Shown: piece by piece, positions 36,672-51,118 of the stretch | How the letters are laid out: the number at the start of each line of letters is the position of its first letter | Numbering within the stretch: position 1 is the stretch's first letter | Assembly: GCA_965235115.1 (NCBI GenBank) | Contig: OZ249441.1 | Coordinates: forward strand, 16,244,001 to 16,308,000 | DNA: 64,000 nt | Source: Laetmonice hystrix | Lineage: Eukaryota | Direction of reading: 5' to 3' | The notes under the pieces: generated by a model | Database searches by the model: none | What the model saw: only the letters and a program-made list of their open reading frames with translations | What the model was told of the DNA's origin: nothing | Translations under genes and position numbers: made by a program

Positions 36672-39600
36672 CGTCTGACTGGCTGCCATACCTCAAAGTA
36701 TATGTTTTTAGATTTTTTCCTCTGGCTTATGGAATCTACAAGGGAGTGGCGAGTGGCATACTCATCATGTGCTCGCCACGACTTTAACGATGGGGGTGGG
36801 GGTGGTGGTACCTGAAGGATTTTCAAGATTTGCTTGTTTCCTTTCCTTTCCATAAATTGCGTAGTTTTACATTCACAACGTGACCTTGACAATCAGAAGC
36901 TGATCAGAAAACAAATTCAATCGTGTTAATATCAGAGGTCGATCACTCCATGGATTACCACCGGCCTCACGTCCCTGTAATTTATTACCTTTCTGCGTTA
37001 GCTTTATCCCTACATTATGTTATTTCTAAAGGAATTATTCAGCTCTATTTGGCTTTCAACTCAGAGAAATCCTGAAAAGTCAGGTTTTTGGTGCGCTGGC
37101 TTTTAGCAGCAATGTTTGGTTTTGCTGCACTCAAACAACCAATTTTCTCTCTTGTGGTGCTGATTCAATCAGCTTCAGTCGTGCCAATACTGATATGAGG
37201 ACTTATTTCAACTGCCCTAGATTATGTACTACATTCTGAAATGTGCCAAAGTGCAGCCAAGAGGAAAGAAGAAGACTTGGTCTGCGCAGAGGAGAGCGAA
37301 AACCTTTTGGTAACTTCCCGGACTTCAGCAAAATCATTATGCGCCCCTATGTGTGGTCCGGAATATTTACTCTCAGGGGTTTCGTTGATAATCACAGCCG
37401 TAACATCCTGAGTCCAGAGAAAAACTGAAAACCACTGGAGAAGAGAAATTTCATTGTTTTTCCCTTCAATACCAATACTTTAAATTGCTGTAACTTTTAA
37501 TATGCCTTCATTTTCCTAATGTATGCATTGAGGTAAAAATATATCAGACAAAATATAACACTCCATTACAGTAATAACATTTTAGTTTATTAAAAAAAAA
37601 AGATCCACCGACTTCATTAATTATATGAAGTTGGTACACAGAATATTTGGGGAACATCTGATGAAAAATTCTTAAACTCTGGTGTTCAATAAGAGTAGCG
37701 TTGCTTTCTAGGGCTCGATAAAAACGCAAAAATCATTTCTCAAAGCACTCAGACATAATTATAACTATCGATAAAACCCCAAACCTTGTTGCTACAATAT
37801 GACCGTGAATTCGGACTCGGACGCCGAAACACTTCCTTATGATTTCCCTTACATTTTCCCCTGATTTTCTTGATGAAAATCAAATGTATTAGGATACTTT
37901 AGATGCTGCCTGATTGTGATCTTTACATTTCACACCGTGCCATTGACGGCCCAGCCTCGGTATGTGGGTTGGATTAATGGCATCCGTCTGTACTCGACTC
38001 TAGTCACCTCGATACCATCAGGACAGGTTGACAGTGCGAACAGAAGACAAGGAAATCCTACTGCATTGATTGCATTGTAGGCTTGTAGACTGTGACAGGC
38101 GGGCGCTGCCAGTAATTGGCTTTTATTGTGGTATGCGTGCTCCGCTCCTTTTGATCTGTCCGCTGCCGTGTGATGCTTCAACCCCCAGGCACTGAAACAT
38201 TGCTCAATATGCAACCACTCCGGTGAGATTCAATCATGAATGAAGAGCTGTAACTGCACTGAAATTCTCCAAGTCCGCCATGTCCTGCGAACATCGTCAT
38301 CAATTATGAATTTGTGTGAACTCGAAGACGAGGGAGGAATGATTGGTGCAATTATTTAAGGCATACGATCGTCGGTCATAGCATGACTTATGGAACTTGG
38401 AAAGTGCACTTGGGAGGATGTCTGAGATGGAACGGCAGGAAAAGCACTATATCTGAAACCACCATCTTTGAAGTCAAATTAAAAAACAAACAAACAAAAT
38501 TAATTAGAACAACAAATACATGGCGTGTCTAATTGAATGGGCCTCGGGACATTCACATTATCAAAACTCATCCTATGTCAATACCAACTTCAGTAAGGCG
38601 TCACTATAATAAATGATACTTGGACAGTGGTGTTGTGTTGAGGACCGGAACAGCGGACTGACGCGCCACCTAGTGTCAGTGACGTTACACGGCTCCGTGA
38701 CGTAGCGCTCCTACTAGGTATACGTTCAGCTATTCTGTGTGTAGTGGACACATTCACTACTTGCACGTTGTTAAACCAGCACAAAATGTCAACAACTTCA
38801 ACGTTAAGCATGTCCCATTATAGCAGATCTGTCATCGGAAGGAAATTCTCCAAGGCTAGGACCAGTTCCTGAAACCTAACGCCATGACACTTTAACTAGT
38901 GAAAAGGTCAGAGTCTGCCATAAAGAGTGTACACAAACATGATTATTAGTCCATTTAGTATCACCTTGAAAGTCTTCGCCTGCTGCCTTCTTTGATGTAC
39001 ATCAGAGAGGATATGAGAGGAGCCTGACGAACCAAGGCACAAGGCTGCGGGCCTGACGACCTTGCCACGCACGTCTCACGGCACCCTGCCGAACATACCT
39101 ACACTAATCATGTCGTTTGTCCAGCCAAAATACCACCGACGGAATACCTTCTTTCTGCCATGGCTCACAAATTAACAGCGCTCAGCCCCCCTCCCCCCCG
39201 TCTCCTTCCTAACTCTTGGATGCGACCAGATCCCCATTCATTGCCACCCATGGCATGCCGCTGGAGCCTCCCCATCGTAAACAAATGACCTATCATCATG
39301 GGGTTCATCAGCTCCGTTCACAGCGGCCCGGCCCCATCCCTGATACAGGGTCCGGAGCTGACGAGCGGGTCGTCCATCAAAACGCCTCAGGGTGTCCGCT
39401 CAGACATCCTACAGCCCACGTCTCCATCACAAACTCATGACGTCTACTTGAAGCAGAAAGTAGGCATGTCACAGCAACTCCTAAAGAATTCCTCTCGCCC
39501 CCTTGACATTATACACCCCCCTGGGGTCATCAATTAAGCACTGCCGTTGAGGGGTGCTATGAAGGGTTGATGTTTAACCAACCTGGGGGGAAGCTTTGAC

Positions 39601-40899
39601 CCCCATAATATACTGCGCAGACGTATGTAAATAGAAAAAACTAACCACATACAACACCTTTGCTCCCTGCCCTGCGGCATCTTGCTAACCATTAACTGCA
39701 CCTTGTATTGAAGCCAAGATAAGGCCTCGAACTTAGCCCACAGCCCCAGGGACGACCACCCCAATCTTTATTAATAAATTCCACGCCCTCCATAATCTGA
39801 CTTACAGTATTTTGTGATTATACGCTAGACCCATTTATCCTAGCCATACTTAGCCTGACGACTCCATGCCATGACATATGGTCGTAAATGGTCTACCGTC
39901 ACATGGGTCAGGTGCAGCAGCAGCTCATAATGTTCTCACTTCCAATGCTTCGCGTTCACCTGCATTCAAACGTGCTATGTACGGGTTTTGGAGAACGCAC
40001 GTCCTTTCCTCTCTGTCTTTTATGATGGTATGAATTTCCACTAATTCCAGCAGAAGTCAATCCATGACACAGGTTAATAAAATTTGCTTACAAACCTTAT
40101 TCTTGGCTTCATACTGCGACAGAGATAAAGTAGAATCCAGTAATTCTGTTTTGAAACAACTTGAATGGCCTTGAACCCACGGTGTACATGTTACTGCATG
40201 GACTATTGTTAACCCATGTTAACCCTGCCAAACCAATGGAATAATGGCGCTGTGTTCAGTACAGAATCTACCCTCGAGCTTTCCCTACTCCAAGCTATCG
40301 CCGTAAATGTGGGGTCTACCTATTTTTGTCAAGAGTTCATCATTTAGGGCAGCGAGGGCAGCGGTCACTGACAGCCGGGGTTCCTCCACTCAAACCCTCC
40401 GAGATCGGCGAAGTGAAAACGGCGGCTACATCAGAAGGACTGAAGGTCATGCAAAATATATGCATGTCAGATTCAATTGTGGCTGGCCATATTTCTGGGT
40501 GGAGGGCGCCAAGAGCTGGCCAGGGCATTAGGCTTGGGCGGAAATAAACCAGACTGAAGGAGCTACACAAGCTACGACCCCGGGGAGAGAATATTAACTG
40601 TTTCTGATACCAACACGAAGTGAATGAAGCTGGTTAGGTTTGCTGAGACTGCCTTAACCCGGTGTGTTGTGTGCTGGTTGTGTGCGCAGACTTGGGTAGT
40701 CGGTACACAGTCACCGTAACACATCGCACACGTCGGTTGGCGTGGTTACAGAAGCTTTAGTGCTTCCCTAAGAGGATTCAAAATTACCTCCACGTGGAAG
40801 CCTTTTACTGGGTATTAGCAAGGATCCAAAGGGCCCACAAAAGGCAGAATTAGAGGCTTTAACTCAATCTGAAATAGCTGCATAATGCCTCTAAGCCAG

Positions 40900-41700
40900 T
40901 TCGAATCCATTTTCTTCGTTCCAGATTGAAATGTCAATGTCTGTACTCCCGAGAGGGTATTATAGAAACGGTATTTCTACATTTGTTCTAGTATGCTAAG
41001 GAAGGGACAATTTTAAGGCAATGTAGAGGCATGGTGGCCATTCCCTTCCCATACAGGTTCAGGATTGATCCTAAGGCTGACTCAGAGAAATACATTACTC
41101 ATACACGGTTATGATTGCAAAAAGTACGACACCATCATATCTACTGAGAAAAAAATACATGTTGTTCTGAGCCTGTGAAAGCTAAAAGCTGATGTATGTA
41201 ACAGACTGCTAAGGTTCTACGCTCATGCCGGGACCGGGGCTATAATCATTCACTATGAATCGACCTGAAGCTAGAATGTAAAATTAACTAACTCTCAGCG
41301 TTGAAAGATGGTGATGCTTCAGTTGACACTTTGCAACAAAAGGGCTGCCTTACGTCTTGAAGGGGTCTGAAAGGGAAACTAAAACGACAAGACAGTCGAG
41401 TTGACACTTGAAAATGTAAGGGCTCCCCAATATAATGTTAAAGGAACTGATGCTAATCTGTCGATAGAGCTGATGCTCGAACGTACTTGCTTGGCTGGCA
41501 AATGGGCCGCCGCTTCACTGGAGACGTGGCCGATATTAGACATCGAGTGAAAGGAATTTATAACACTAGATGCCAACGTAAAACTGTCTAATGACTCCTT
41601 GTTACTGAACTCTCGGAGGTGATGTTCCTTATAAAGAGTTTCCACACGATACAGACGATGTGCCTATCATGCTGATCAAGATAATCAATATGCCTGTCTC
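40900..41700 (+). mobile_element. Decayed Penelope-like element (RT thumb to GIY-YIG endonuclease)
   Basis: GLPYVLKGSERE (about 41342-41377; compare LPY..G.SE.I) followed by YLLGWQMGRRF (about 41485-41518; compare YIGQTGR.L), in the expected order. Confidence 0.4.
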
Positions 41701-42614
41701 GTTGAATAAAAGTCAGATAGTACAAAACCGAATTCTTTCCATTCATTGGCTCCATCAGGGGGCTTACCAGCAGAACCAGATAGGACAATCTACAAAGTTT
41801 GGACACAACAACAATAAGCTAACAAATAATACAATCCCAGCTTCTTAACAGCTGAAAATCCCCAATTAAATTATCAGATTGTTACAGTGAGGGCTTCCTT
41901 ATCTGACAATCGATATCACCTGGCACAATCATAACGAAGAATCTCTCTTCTCATTAGGCGACATCAATAGCAAACGATCGATAGCACTTATCGGAGTGTC
42001 TGCCCGCAGCAGATAGCCCCCTACTGTGGCAGGACCATCCAATTTGTTCACTACCCTGTTTTCAGAAGATACGGCTGGGGCAGCTGTGCCGAAGAGCATG
42101 TTACTAGCAGTTTGTGCCTGCCCCCTCCCTCCAAGCCAGCCCTTGGCGTCAACCGCCCTCCCAACCAGCCCCGTTCTGGAGCCCCTCTCGTCTCGATCCC
42201 CTCCCATTCCTGCCACTTGTAAATGTCGTTCTGGAGCCACTGTCCCGACCGGCTCCTTGGGGACATGTGGCTCGAATCCCCTCACCCCTCAGCCGGAACG
42301 TAAAATTAGGGAAATTACTCCCACTTAGAGTACTGAGCACACAGATCTACTACACAGCTCTCCAAGATCAGCTTCGAAATATTGATGGCACCAATAGTGC
42401 GATCCTAGTTTTGTATAAAAAAAAATTCCACTGATTCTCAATGAGCGGGGAATGCTGAAAAGGGAAAGATGTTTAGTTTCACACTGGAGACTGTGGACCT
42501 TTTAGTGTAATCTATGGGACCCACTGCACTCATAACTTCATCGGAAACCAATGTAGCTGTCAGCCAGCAGTATAATATCAGTTGGAAATCTATTACAGAG
42601 TGATTGCCTTTTTG

Positions 42615-44665
42615 GGTGTGAACGGGCTGGTTGGGCATGAAAGGATTCGTTTGGCATGAACGACCGCTTGGGTATGAATGGACTGGTTCGGTATGAACGA
42701 CCGGTTGGGTATGAATGGACTGATTCGGCCTGAACGACCAGTTGGGTATGAATGGACTGGTTCGGTATGAACGACCCGTCGGGTATGAATGGACTGGTTC
42801 GATATGAACGACCGGTTGGGTATGAATGGACTGGTTCGGTATGAACGACCAGTTGGGTATGAATGGACTGGTTCGGCATGAACGACCAGTCGGGTATGAA
42901 TGGACTGGTTCGGTATGAACGACCGCTTGGGTATGAATGGACTGGTTCGGTATGAACGACCGGTTAGGTATGAATGGACTGGTTCGGTATGAACGACCGG
43001 TTGGGTATGAATGGACTGGTTCGGTATGAACGACCGGTTAGGTATGAATGGACTGGTTCGGTATGAACGACCGGTTAGGTATGAATGGACTGGTTCGGTA
43101 TGAACGACCGGTTGGGTATGAACGGACTGGTTCGGTATGAACGACCGGTTGGGTATGAATGGACTGGTTCGGTATGAACGACCGGTTGGGTATGAATGGA
43201 CTGGTTCGGTATGAACGACCGGTTTGGTATGAATGGACTGGTTCGGTATGAACGACCGGTTGGGTATGAACGGACTGGTTGGGTATGAACGACCAGTTGG
43301 GTATGAATGGACTGGTTCGGTATGAACGACCGGTTGGGTATGAATGGACTGGTTCGGCATGAACGACCGGTTGGGTATGAACGGACTGGTTCGGTATGAA
43401 CGACCGGTTGGGTATGAATGGACTGGTTCGGTATGAACGACCGGTTGGGTATGAATGGACTGGTTCGGTATGAACGACCGGTTGGGTATGAATGGACTGG
43501 TTCGGTATGAACGACCGGTTGGGTATGAACGGACTGGTTGGGTATGAACGACCAGTTGGGTATGAATGGACTGGTTGGGTATGAATGGACTGGTTCGGCA
43601 TGAACGACCGGTTGGGTATGAATGGACTGGTTCGGTATGAACGACCGGTTGGGTATGAATGGACTGGTTCGGTATGAACGACCGGTTGGGTATGAATGGA
43701 CTGGTTCGGTATGAACGACCGGTTGGGTATGAACGGACTGGTTGGGTATGAACGACCAGTTGGGTATGAATGGACCGGTTGGGTATGAATGGACTGGTTC
43801 GGTATGAACGTACCGCTTGGGTATTAACGGACTGGTTGGGTATGGACGGACTGGTTGGGTATGAACGGACTGGTTCGGCATGAACGACCGGTTGAGTATG
43901 AATGGACTGGTTCAGTATGAACGACCAGTTGGGTATGAATGGACTGGTTGGGTATGAATGGACTGGTTCGGCATGAACGACCGGTTGGGTATGAATGGAC
44001 TGGTTTGGTATGAACGGACTATTGGGTATGAATGTACTGGTTGGGCATTAACGACTGCATGTTGGGTATTGAACAGACTGGTTCGATATGAACACCGGTT
44101 GGGTATAACGGACTGGTTGGGCATGAACGACCAGTTGGGATTGAACGGACTGGTTCAGTATGAACGACAGGTTGGGTATGAATGGACTGGTTGGGTATGA
44201 ACGACCAGTTGGGTATGTCGGCCTGGTTGGGTATGAACGGACTGGTTGGGTATGTCGGCCTGGTTGAGTATGAACGGACTGGTTGGGTACAAACGGACTG
44301 GTTGGGTATGAATGGACTGGTTGGGTATGAACAGACTGGTTGGGTATGTCGGCCTGGTTGGGTATGAACGGACTGGTTGGGTATGTCGGCCTGGTTGAGT
44401 ATGAACGGACTGGTTGGGTACGAACGGACTGGTTGGGTATGAATGTGCCAGGACGGCATGAACGACTACATGTTGGGTATGAAAGGACTCTTCAGTATGA
44501 ACGACAGGTTGGGTATGAATGGACTGGTTGGGTATGAACGGACTGGTTGGGTATGAACGGACTGGTTGGGTATGAATGTGCCGGTACGGCATGAACGACT
44601 ACATGTTGGGTATGAACGGACTCGTTCAGTATGAACGGTTGGGTATGGTATGAACGGACTGGTTG
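42615..44665. repeat. Minisatellite, 37-bp dimer of related 19- and 18-bp monomers, about 2 kb
   Basis: ggtatgaatggactggttc plus ggtatgaacgaccggttg. Homogeneous centre-left, degenerate toward the right. Confidence 0.97.
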
Positions 44666-46205
44666 TCTATCATTTGCTGGTTGGGTATAAAACTCTCACA
44701 TGTGGCATGACGTGCACATAGATGAATAATACGAGGTTCGGATCGGGTTTTTATACTTTAAAAAGAAAATCTGAGCCCTATTTTCGACGGGCGAATTCCA
44801 TCACAAGAAGAAGCCATTTCAACCGGGAAGCCATCCGATTGGAAACTGCCTGGCGACGAGCCCGGGTTAGTTTGTGAACACAAGAGGTAAAAAATACTCA
44901 AATATCAAATGTTTTCGTCAGGGCGCGTCAACCTGTGATGTTTATCCCAACCAGTTGACATATCTAGTGTATACCTGTTTTTTACGTCCGGTGACGTCAC
45001 AATAATGACGCTGACATCATTACATTGTTTACCACGCAATTTCCAGCCAGGCACTTTTTGTATCGATCTGCCACTGTTTTTTTTGGGTAACATCATTCCT
45101 TGCTCACAATTCACACGAACTGGAAAAAAAAGTGATTTGCAGTTAAGGAACTCCCTCTGGAAAGCATGTTTTGTCTACCAAGTGTTTTTAATTAAGATAA
45201 TTAAAATGTGCGGCTGTTTTAGGCGGTGTTTTAGGATAGGCCTGCTGCACGTGGGAATTACTGGAGCTGAACATTTCAGGCTTGCTCGTTATGAATGTTA
45301 TCAAGTTACTGACCTAATTTCAGGCAAGCGGAGAACGCCTCATCGAAATGAATAATTTGGCTGCGTTTCCGAACCAAATTGATTGATATTTAAAATTTCA
45401 ATCAGTTGTTTCGGAGCAGTGTCGTCGATAAGCGGACATTCACACGACAACTTGAATTGTGCTGGAACAGGTTTCATATAACATATCTAATACCTGACCA
45501 TTCTTATATGCTCGGCATGATATTAAACATATATCACAATATACTTTTTACTGCATCTGTTATATTTCAAGCCTCTGGGCTCCAATAAATATATTTTTAT
45601 AGAAAATAATTACTTCTTCTGTTTTTTGTTCAATAAAAGAAATCTGATATCGGATCAAATTACGCAATAAATAGCATGAGATGTTGCGCGTCATCCCAGG
45701 TTTTGCGTTCTAACCCTGCCACCACATGCTCAATAAACGCTCAAGAGTTCCAATCAGGTTTATATAACACTGTATACCTGATGAAAAAGGAAAAAGAAAG
45801 CTCTCATTTCAGTCATGTCTTGTTCGCGAAACACTGCAATAAGGAACTCTATAAGGAAAACGAGTGACTATGAAACCAGATTATGCTCATAAACTAAGGC
45901 CGGTCTTCATCCCTAAACTTGACAATAATTATCAAGATTTCAAGTATATTCATATATTGAGTTCTCGGAATCGATTTCAATAAGAATCCGATTCTATTTG
46001 CCTATCATCCTATTTGAACAGTCCTTAAAAGTTGACATAAGTAGATTACTACTATAACAATTATTGATTTTCCCAACAGTTATCCTGAATGGGTTATTCT
46101 GTTGCCAATTTAAAGCCACGTCTGACGACTCTTAGTCATATTCTCCAAGTTCATGTACCGTATTGACATCCATGCTGAGCCAGTGTCGTTCAATACTTCA
46201 GAATC

Positions 46206-46557
46206 GTCGCCCGGCCTGTGCCTAGCGCCAGTCGCCCGGCCTGTGCCTAGCGCCAGTCGCCCGGCCCGTGCCTAGCGCCAGTCGCCCGGCCCGTGCCTAG
46301 CGCCAGCCGCCCGGCCCGTGCCTAGCGCCAGCCGCCCGGCCCGTGCCTAGCGCCAGTCGCCCGGCCCGTGCCTAGCGCCAGTCGCCCGGCCCGTGCCTAG
46401 CGCCAGTCGCCCGGCCCGTGCCTAGCGCCAGTCGCCCGGCCCGTGCCTAGCGCCAGTCGCCCGGCCCGTGCCTAGCGCCAGTCGCCCGGCCCGTGCCTAG
46501 CGCCAGTCGCCCGGCCTGTGCCTAGCGCCAGCCGTCCGGCCTGTGCCTAGCGCCAGT
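46206..46557. repeat. CpG-rich minisatellite, 25-bp unit, 14 copies
   Basis: Unit gtcgcccggcccgtgcctagcgcca. Confidence 0.98.
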
Positions 46558-48249
46558 ATCACTGTCTGGTAGTCATCATTACATGGTATTAGGTTGCCTT
46601 CACATAACCACTGATTCAGCCAGACACATTCTGTCAGGGCTTCAACTTGAAGGTGATCTACGGACTTGGTAATTACCAGAGTACAAAAGGTCCTTTGTTT
46701 CACGCCTGACATCCATCCAGCTTACATTCACACCAGCTGCTCTCTGATGTTGCCATGATGACATCTGTAATCAGGGGGCGCGACGACTAGGTAGGAATTT
46801 ACAACTGCCGGATCATTCTGCAAGTGTTTCTTGAAGTCACGGCTACTTCAGCGTGTATAGTTGTAATCAAGTTCCCGTTTTGCTCCTGAGTAGCTGCGGC
46901 TTATGACACAAGCTGCGTCTAGTTTTTAATTTCAATTAAGCGCCGTAAGATGGCGCCTCTGTGGCGTATGTAACGACAGGGAAAGATGATCATTTTGTCG
47001 TTACCTTTCAATATTTCCACATTAGACTTGACAACGGCCAGGGTGAGAAGACTTGCTCTAATGCATCCAGTGCATGGTTTGACTTGTCGGATAATTGTGA
47101 GAAACGGGCGTGACATGTAACCGCCAGTAACCGGCTGGAGGGGCAAAGGGTGTAGCTGGAGGGGCAAAGGGTTAAGCTTCCATATTCAGCTCACAATCAT
47201 CCTACATTACAGCTTACAATCAGAACTACATGAAGTCTATTTCAGCATTTGTACCAGTTCGTCTCCGGTGAGATAAGACGATTACCAGCGACGCTTCCAC
47301 TGCTGCCCCCCATGGAGAAGCTGGCACAATTGGTGACATTTGAAACACGAGTGGTCGCTGAAAGCAGAGGGCCCTGAGAAGGACAGATTATAGCCAATTT
47401 GTGCATGTTACAGAAGACCATTGGAAGCCACTATATAAATCTACACCGCCACCGACAAATAGCCCGATCTGTTTGTCCCAGTAGCAATTAAAAGTGCCCA
47501 GATTTATAGCCTGCGTGTGCTTTACAGCACCCGAGCGCCACCTGGGTGTGGCACAGGAAGGCTGATATTACTAGCCCACTACCATTAGTCACGGCTTCCT
47601 GTTGGACCAGACTCTTAATTGGGAACGTTCGCAATGTATGGGCATTCTTATAAGTAAAGAACGGCTTTTAATCTATTTTCTATCGTGTTCACCCTCCAAT
47701 AGGTTGATATAAGATATTATGTTTTGAAGCACATTCCCGCTGGGCCCTCTCTATACTCAAGAGCTTGATGAAATCACGTTTACATTCTCCAGTAATGATT
47801 GTGGGAGGACATGGATCCATAATTCTCCATACCATGAAGAACTGATCAGCTCGACAGGTGCTGTACCAACACCTGCTGGTCCGGCTGAAAGCTGTTAGTC
47901 TCCATAATTGACATCAATACTAACTCGTATCATGCCAAAAGGACGTGCGCTGTAAAAGTGGGTGACAAACTGTTTCCGCTGTTTCTTCCATGCGGACGGA
48001 GGAAGCAAACAACTAATTGTATCATGTCTGAAGGATCTGGACGCCTGAGTGACAAGCCCTACCTCTGGGTGTCATTACAGTGCGGAACAACAATACAGAT
48101 GCCAATATCTTATCTTACACCCAGATGGGAGGTGGGGCGGCCACCAAACGGCCCCGTCCTCAGCGCTGTCAGACAGCTGTCCAATGGCTCAGTGCTCAGT
48201 CTGCCTGGGAGAATACAGCTGGAGGACGATACAGGGGCCGCTGTCAGAC

Positions 48250-49550
48250 GGGGAGGAGGCTGCAGGAGGCTGGGAGTGGTTACCGGGGAGGAGGCTGCAG
48301 GAGGCTGGGAGTGGTTGCCGGGGAGGAGACGGCAGGAGGCTGGGATTGGTTACCGGGGAGGAGACGGCAGGAGGCTGGGAGTGGTTGCCGGGGAGGAGAC
48401 GGCAGGAGGCTGGGAGTGGTTGCTGGGAAGGAGGCTGCAGGAGGCTGGGAGCGGTTGCTGGGAAGGAGGCTGCAGGAGGCTGGGAGCGGTTGCTGGGAAG
48501 GAGGCTGCAGGAGGCTGGGAGTGGTTACCGGGGAGGAGGCTGCAGGAGGCTGGGAGCGGTTGCTGGGGAGGAGACGGCAGGAGGCTGGGAGTGGTTGCCG
48601 GGGAGGAGACGGCAGGAGGCTGGGAGTGGTTACCGGGGAGGAGACGGCAGGAGGCTGGGAGTGGTTACCGGGGAGGAGACGGCAGGAGGCTGGGAGTGGT
48701 TGCCGGGGAGGAGACGGCAGGAGGCTGGGAGTGGTTACCGGGGAGGAGACGGCAGGAGGCTGGGAGTGGTTGCTGGGGAGGAGACGGCAAGAGGCTGGGA
48801 GTGGTTGCTGGGGAGGAGACGGCAGGAGGCTGGGAGTGGTTGCTGGGGAGGAGGCTACAGGAGGCTGAGAGTGGTTACCGGGGAGGAGACGGCAGGAGGC
48901 TGGGAGTGGTTGCTGGGGAGGAGACGGCAGGAGGCTGGGAGTGGTTGCCGGGGAGGAGACGGCAGGAGGCTGGGAGTGGTTGCTGGGGAGGAGACGGCAG
49001 GAGGCTGGGAGTGGTTGCCGGGGAGGAGACGGCAGGAGGCTGGGAGTGGTTGCCGGGAAGGAGACGGCAGGAGGCTGGGAGTGGTTGCCGGGGAGGAGAC
49101 GGCAGGAGGCTGGGAGTGGTTACCGGGGAGCAGACGGTAGGAGGCTGGGAGTGGTTGCCGGGGAGGAGACGGCAGGAGGCTGGGAGTGGTTGCTGGGGAG
49201 GAGACGGCAGGAGGCTGGGAGCGGTTGATGGGGAGGAGACGACAGGAGGCTGGGAGCGGTTGATGGGGAGGAGACGACAGGAGGCTGGGAGTGGTTACCG
49301 GGGAGGAGACGGCAGGAGGCTGGGAGTGGTTACCGGGGAGGAGGCTGCAGGAGGCTGGGAGCGGTTGCCGGGGAGGAGACGGCAGGAGGCTGGGAGTGGT
49401 TGCTGGGGAGGAGACGGCAGGAGGCTGGGAGTGGTTGCCGGGGAGGAGACGGCAGGAGGCTGGGAGTGGTTGCTGGGGAGGAGACGGCAGGAGGCTGGGA
49501 GTGGTTGCCGGGGAGGAGACGGCAGGAGGCTGGGAGTGGTTACCGGGGAG
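48250..49550. repeat. G-rich minisatellite, 35-bp unit, about 37 copies
   Basis: Unit ggggaggagacggcaggaggctgggagtggtt(g/a)cc. It produces the 35-aa periodic 546-aa pseudo-ORF. Confidence 0.98.
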
Positions 49551-50461
49551 GAGTGGTGGTCTTCCCGGAGGAGTGATCAGGTTGACAGACGGACCTGACC
49601 AACCTGTTCACCTGTCAGGTCATTCCACCTGATCCGGGCCACCGGGGAGGATAGCATCAGACAACACGCACCCAGCACACCGCTGGGATCACTGCCCAAT
49701 GTAGTTACGGGTCCTCACTGTAAACCGACCGCCGGGCGCCTAGAACTTCCTACTCATCCCTCGCTCTCATACCTAGTCATATCAAAATAGGGGATACTTT
49801 GGAAGCCATACACATCCCGCCATCTAAACCACAAATCGTCAATACAGAAACTGCACTTAATACAATGAATTCAATTGTCCAGTTTTTTAAAATCCAGGAT
49901 TACACTCTCCCTGTAGTCGAAACAGATTTGTTTTCAAAAGTTTAGAATTAAACATTATTTTTTGACAACATGATACAGTCGCGTCTCACTTTGTATAGTT
50001 CCTGCGTTCTTGCCATCTTATAATACTAGCAACGCTTCAAGTAGTGAAGTCACACCGAATGAAAAAAAGCTTAAGAAGACAAACGATTCACCAGTACGAT
50101 ACGTCAGAGTTTTCAGTTAAATTTAAATGAAATACTGCCAAGGAGAAATGTGATAGGGCTAAAAGTTGTTGTGAGGCCCGTGTATTTCTTCCGTTTTCTA
50201 CTTGTATTGAGAGATTGGCAATGGGTAATGATTATTATCTGTCAGGGCCTGACCGGGACTTAAAAAACAAAACTGGTGAAATCATACTTAAATGAGCATC
50301 GATGTGACCTAGCTTAAAGCAAACACTCTATCAATGCAATACATGCCTAATACCGAGCCTCTTTACCTGGAATGAATACATTGCTTCATATTCGAACGGG
50401 TGAAAACCTAAAAAAGGAGTATTGCCGCGTGCATTTCGGTCCGAACTGGTAAATGTAAACA

Positions 50462-50532
<71 letters not shown>
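50462..50532. repeat. (AG)n microsatellite
   Basis: About 35 dinucleotide units with two interruptions. Confidence 0.98.
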
Positions 50533-51118
50533 CGGTACTTGAGGCACTGCTGCAAGCTTTTACATTATCTACGCCCGCTAACTCTAACAAATGGGCTCAT
50601 TTGTAACGATTATAGCGTATCTACCGTAAAAAACTTGATATACCTGTTGAACAGAAACATTCATTCCGTTATTTAAGTAATTCATCCAAGCTAATATACA
50701 TCCTTCAGTCTTTTATTCAGTATTAATCTCACCTGATTTCTGGTTTAATAATTCATACAACGTAGAGCGAAAAAAAATTAGATTCTTTGAGAAATAGCTT
50801 TTATGGAAATATACACAAAGGGGATTAATCATGGTTGTGTCGTCCAACTTGATTTAAAAAAATTGCATTCAATATTGCTTACCCACCGGTATGGCTAATT
50901 ACTGCGTCATTGCTAGAATTCTGACGTAAAATAATTTCTTTGGCTTCCCACAACCATCTATCACACGCCTGCCAACATATTCCTGAATAATTGGTCCTCC
51001 ATGTGGTGCTTATGTAATTATATTTCACAGTGTCCTGGGTATTTATTCACCTGCTGTCTTGAAAGTAATTAAATGCATACTTCAGTGAACTTCAGTTAGA
51101 TGCGCTCCATCCTCTGAA

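Noticed and set aside
42538-44592. Long Pro/His/Ser-rich minus-strand ORFs
   Set aside because: They derive from a 37-bp repeat that cycles through all frames.
47958-49598. 546-aa Gly/Arg/Trp-rich ORF and overlapping long ORFs
   Set aside because: They are an artefact of a stop-free 35-bp repeat: all three frames give the same 35-aa cycle, there is no domain, and no splice context.
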